DNA of 64,000 nucleotides. Origin: Lama glama. Lineage: Eukaryota. The notes under the pieces were generated by a model. That model was given only the letters and a program-made list of their open reading frames with translations. It ran no database searches and was not told the origin of the DNA. Positions 59,590 through 64,000 of the stretch are shown piece after piece. The stretch covers positions 15,190,001-15,254,000 of the forward strand of contig CM052842.1 in NCBI GenBank assembly GCA_028534125.1, written 5' to 3'. The position numbers were made by a program, and so were the translations under genes. The stretch's first letter is position 1. Every line of letters starts with the position of its first letter.

Positions 59590-62500
59590 AAGAAGCTGGA
59601 AAAGTAGTAGCCTATGAAATAAATCATAGTGGGCTGACCAGGAATGGTAGAGGAGTGAACTGATTTAAGCTAATTTAAAATTGTAAAGTCCAAAGGACTT
59701 GTGGTGGGTGTTGTGTGGACTGAGGAAAGGAGAGGGCTCAGGGATGGTGCCTATGTTTCTGGCTGGACGACAGTGGTGCCGTCACAGATGTATGTAACAC
59801 AGAAGAAGGGGCAGGTTGGTGGGGAGGAGTGGAGATGGTGAGTTTGCTGTGTGGCCAAGAGGAGCTTGGGGAGGGCTGGCACGCACAGATCTGAAGCTCA
59901 GGAGAGAGAAACAGCCCAGAGGTCTAGCTACAGAATCAGTGTTTAATTGATGGTTAATACCAAGGGAGTAGATGAGATTTTCCCATATTTTGCATAATGA
60001 ATAAAATGTTGTAATTGTCCCCCTCCCCCCACCACACACATTCTCTCTATGGATTCACCAAAAACTAAAATGAAAGCATCTTCCTCTCTATCATTCCTTT
60101 CAGGAAAATTCAGCAGATCTGAGCTCTCCTTATTCCCAATGGTTAGTGAATTCTGTGTGTGTGTGTTTGTGCTTGCGTGCACACGCAAACCTGGGCTTGT
60201 GCATGCACAAAGTTTTCCATAGGATGAGGCTGTATTGTCAGAGGGAAAATGGGGATGCAGGATGTTGCGTTCGGGTTTGAAATAGAGTCTGCTGAAAGCC
60301 AGGTCAGTAGATTTGTCAGACTACAAATGTGGACAAAGGGGAAAGGATTGGAAGGATTCCTGCTTATAATAATGCCATGAAGGTAGGAACATCATTGGTG
60401 GGGGGAGGGGACTGTGCTGGTGCCAGGAGACATCAGGCACCAAGCTGCAAGCCCTTGGGAGCCTAGGTGGAGACTTCTGTGTCTGAAGGTGGCATGAAGG
60501 ACAGGACCTTGCCAGCAAACCCACATATGTTTGGATGGATGACAGTCTTAGGAAAGAAGCAGTCACAGGAATTACGACTTTGGACTGAAGACCAAAGGCT
60601 TCATTCATCCTGTATTTCAAAGTCTAGATTCTGCTACGGACAAAGAGTAGGGTAGAGAACTTCCAAAAATGATACTGAAGCTTTTGCTAATCTTAGTGAG
60701 TGGCTACTCAAATTGGATTTAATTTGACTTAGTAGGGGAAAATACAGTGATGTTTTTTCCACCTATGTTTTTGTTGGAACATATACTACATATAGGGAAA
60801 AGATCTAGGCACCAAGAGATTTAGTAACATTTCCAACATCACACAGCCCTGCTTCTGTCTTCTAACCCCAGGTTCTTCTCACTAAGACAGGCTGAAGGAC
60901 CCCTCCCTCTCCCCAGCTCTGCACTGCCTTCTTATAAAAGTGAGTTACCTTTGACTTGAACAGGTGTGGTCCCTGGAAGTTTAGGGGAGTTAAGCACGAA
61001 GATGAGTTTCCAGGGCCAGAAAAAATTCTCATGAGGATTCATATTGAATGAAACATGATTCCTTCCTCTAGGGTTGTGTTTCTGATCCCCAATACTGCTG
61101 TTTGCCAGAATTAGCTTCCTCTCACTCTTGTTACCTATAATGCCTAGTCTATTTCAGCTCAACACCCAGGCTCTGTACCAATCTGAGTGACTCACGAAGC
61201 TGAAAGCAGGGCTGTGTCCAAAGGTGGCCTGGGTGACTTGCATTTCATGGGCTGCTGCATCAGATCCAAGAATGGTTCCCTGAGTTTCTGTGATGCTTTC
61301 GTCTGCCAGGGACTGATCGGAATGTGCAGTCACTCACAGTGGAAGGGGAAACGTGTTTCTCATTCAGCAAGAATGCGGTTCCATCCACAGAGTTTACGGC
61401 ACGGTTACATTTGAAGTTCAACCCTAGAACTTTGTGGCAGTAAAAATGGTCGTGATTTATAGGAAAATGTCATTCGGCTGTCTCCTCTATAAAAACCTTT
61501 TACAACTCTCATTGAATATAAATCAGAATGTAAGCAGCCAACAAAGTGATGGTTTTGGCATAACGTTTCCAAGGCAAAAAGAAATGGACTAGAATTGTCT
61601 TGGCTTTTTACTGAAGACAGATATTACAGGAATTTATTGCTGATCCAAAATCAATATTCTTGTCTTTAAAAATAGGTATGAATAAACTTATGCCTTAGTG
61701 AAATTCCAAATTAATTAAAGCTGTCATTACAAAGTTTACCCACAGATACTGAGGGTGCTTACACTTTTGTAGTTTGAGACTGAGCTGAAAGTGCTTTTCT
61801 TTTAGTTTTTGTCTTGCTAAACCACATTCTTAGATACATAACTCAAGCGTGAAGCTGTGTTTCATTCTAATGGGAAGAAAAAGGGTGGGTCTTCAAAGGA
61901 TTAATTTGCTAAATTCATCTTGGGGATACATAAGAGGCCTCACATTATCCTCTTCTGCAAGTGTCAAAAAGATGTTAAAAATGAAAGGTCAAACTATGAA
62001 AGTCTGTGTTGGAAAGGGCAGTCCGCATTTGCTCCTGTGTTTTTGCAGCACAGAGAGCTCAGAGTAGGGACCGCAGTAAAGAACTGAAGGATTGAGGAAA
62101 GCTGTGATCCTGTGAGGACCCGGAAAAAGCATCCAACAATGTGGCGGGGGAGAGGGAGGGGGGTACAAGGTCTTCATGTGACCGGTTTTGGGGGTGGAAG
62201 GAGAATGTGGAGAATTTATCTGGAAGAATGGTACCATAGAAGACGATCAGAAGGTTCTGGAAAATTTTGGCTTCACTTTATAGCAACTATCATTAGCCTC
62301 CCCTCGCCAACACCTGCCTTGGCCAGACCCCACCTGAAGTACGCCCTTCTGAGTGACACGCAGGGGAAGGGGGCAACCAATAAAAGAGGTCAACAAAATA
62401 TGTTATTTTAGGAACTATTGGAGGAATCAGAAAAGTTCCTTCTGGGCAAGGGAAGTGGTACCTGTTATGTGGAAGAGGAAATAATACACTTGTTGGGTAA

Positions 62501-64000
62501 AGTCTCAGTGGTTTAGTGTAACAGTACGAGGAAGTTCTTACATTCATTTACTGCATAAAATGTTTACTAAGTGCCACGTGGGAGGTAGAGTTTTAGGCAC
62601 TAGAAATGCAGTGAGGACAGAGTTTGGGTTTCATGTAAAGAATACCATTCTTCCTCTTTCATAACCAGCATTATTAATTTGAAATAGAATTCTTGAAAAT
62701 CATTTCATATGTGGTTTCACTGCTCCTTTCATTGGTCCCTGTCCTCTCTTAGCCTTTGTTCGTGTGGACACGTACTCTGTATGGCGGTTATAAGGGCCGG
62801 ACCCAATTCTGTAATTTACTGTCTGAATTTAACAAGAAACCAACGGCTTTCTAAGAGTATGAGGTATGAGCTTTTCAGGGATGGGCCGGGCTGACTTAAC
62901 ATCTGTGAGTTTCCTACCGTGAGGCCTTTTAAACAGAATCTAGATGATGACTTGGAAGAGAGACTGTGAAAGTTATCCTAGCACTTACGACAGAGGTGGG
63001 GCTTGTTTCGAGATGATATAAAAAGAATCATAGTGTTGAGAAAAGAGGCGTAGTGACTCAGAGGCCTGGCGTCAGTGTGTATACAGAGGCTTAATATTAA
63101 AGCCGTATTAGAAGCAAGCTCACAGACCCTCATACTCCTCTCTTCTCCCACTACCTACTACATTCTGCTAGTTCACGTTATTATAATGTTTTTGAATAAT
63201 AGTCTTTTCTGTTTTTCCTAGTTATTTTCTTAACATCACTATGGCTTTTTCCCCCCTAATAGCCCTCTGATAAGGATGTATTTCTTATACAGAAAATTCA
63301 GTTACCTTGGGATCATCCAAACGTACTACCAGACTTACAGTATTAGGCAAGAATCTACAAGGAAGAGGTAAAGTTCCTGGGAAAGTTACTGCTACGTTCT
63401 CTCTCTCTGTCCTTTTGTTAAGTGAGTAATTATAAACAAAATTGAGCATAGTACCAGCAATATATTATACTCAAAAGTCATATAAAATCTCTATAAAAAT
63501 TTCTCTCCACATTGTGCTTGAGCTCTGTGACCTCTATGACATGGCTGAAGCCATGAGCCTAAAAATGATATTGTATACAACTAGCGAAATTCTACTACTT
63601 ACATAATTGTTGACCCTTTTACATTATCCCAGGATTACACAGTGTTATGACATAGGTCCCGGTACCCATAATATGATCAAATGGGATGTATTATCAAATG
63701 AGTTATGTTAAAGTTTTCAGATGGGTGAAAAATGTATCTAAGGCAACACAGGGTCAAAGATATGAGAAAAAAATCACTTTAAATAACAAGGCATTGGCCA
63801 CCCCCGTATGATTCGAGTTTGAAGTAATACCATGGAAAGCTAAAGTCATCCTAGTTTGCTTTATTAAAGGACCCATTTGTGGAGAGGTCCCAGTGAATTC
63901 TGCTCCATGAAGAACACACCTGGAGCACAGGTTTCCCTCCTGCACACCACACATTTATGAGCAACATTGGCCAATGGCATGTGCTCAGAAGTGGCTCCTC

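Noticed and set aside
1-64000. Neighbouring genes (ENPP2, MAL2), processed pseudogenes, CRISPR-like arrays or prokaryotic systems
   Set aside because: No exon-like translations other than CCN3 in the ORF track, no regularly spaced repeat-spacer array, and composition is ordinary mammalian intergenic DNA. Small non-coding exons cannot be excluded by eye.

Overview
Mammalian genomic DNA, most likely a camelid (two tRNA-derived SINEs resembling the camelid Vic-1 family, plus cetartiodactyl-type L1 3' ends). It contains one protein-coding gene, CCN3/NOV, on the minus strand: five coding exons, complement(join(19791..20087, 22873..23087, 24223..24477, 25562..25787, 25925..26008)), 1077 nt, 358 aa. 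All introns are GT-AG, the module order is signal peptide-IGFBP-VWC-TSP1-CT, and all 38 CCN cysteines are present. The gene has a TATA-containing CpG-island promoter and a ~1.2 kb 3'UTR ending at an AATAAA near 18613. The rest is intergenic: LINE1, LINE2, MIR, MaLR/ERV solo LTRs, hAT DNA transposons, microsatellites and six assembly gaps. I found no convincing evidence of a novel biological system. The best second-look items are a strong CTCF site, candidate upstream enhancer motif clusters, changes in CCN3 relative to the human protein as I recall it (IGFBP motif, N-glycosylation sequons), a mosaic palindromic micro-duplication, and well-defined nested or TSD-flanked insertions. Repeat subfamily names come from pattern recognition, not a database search.
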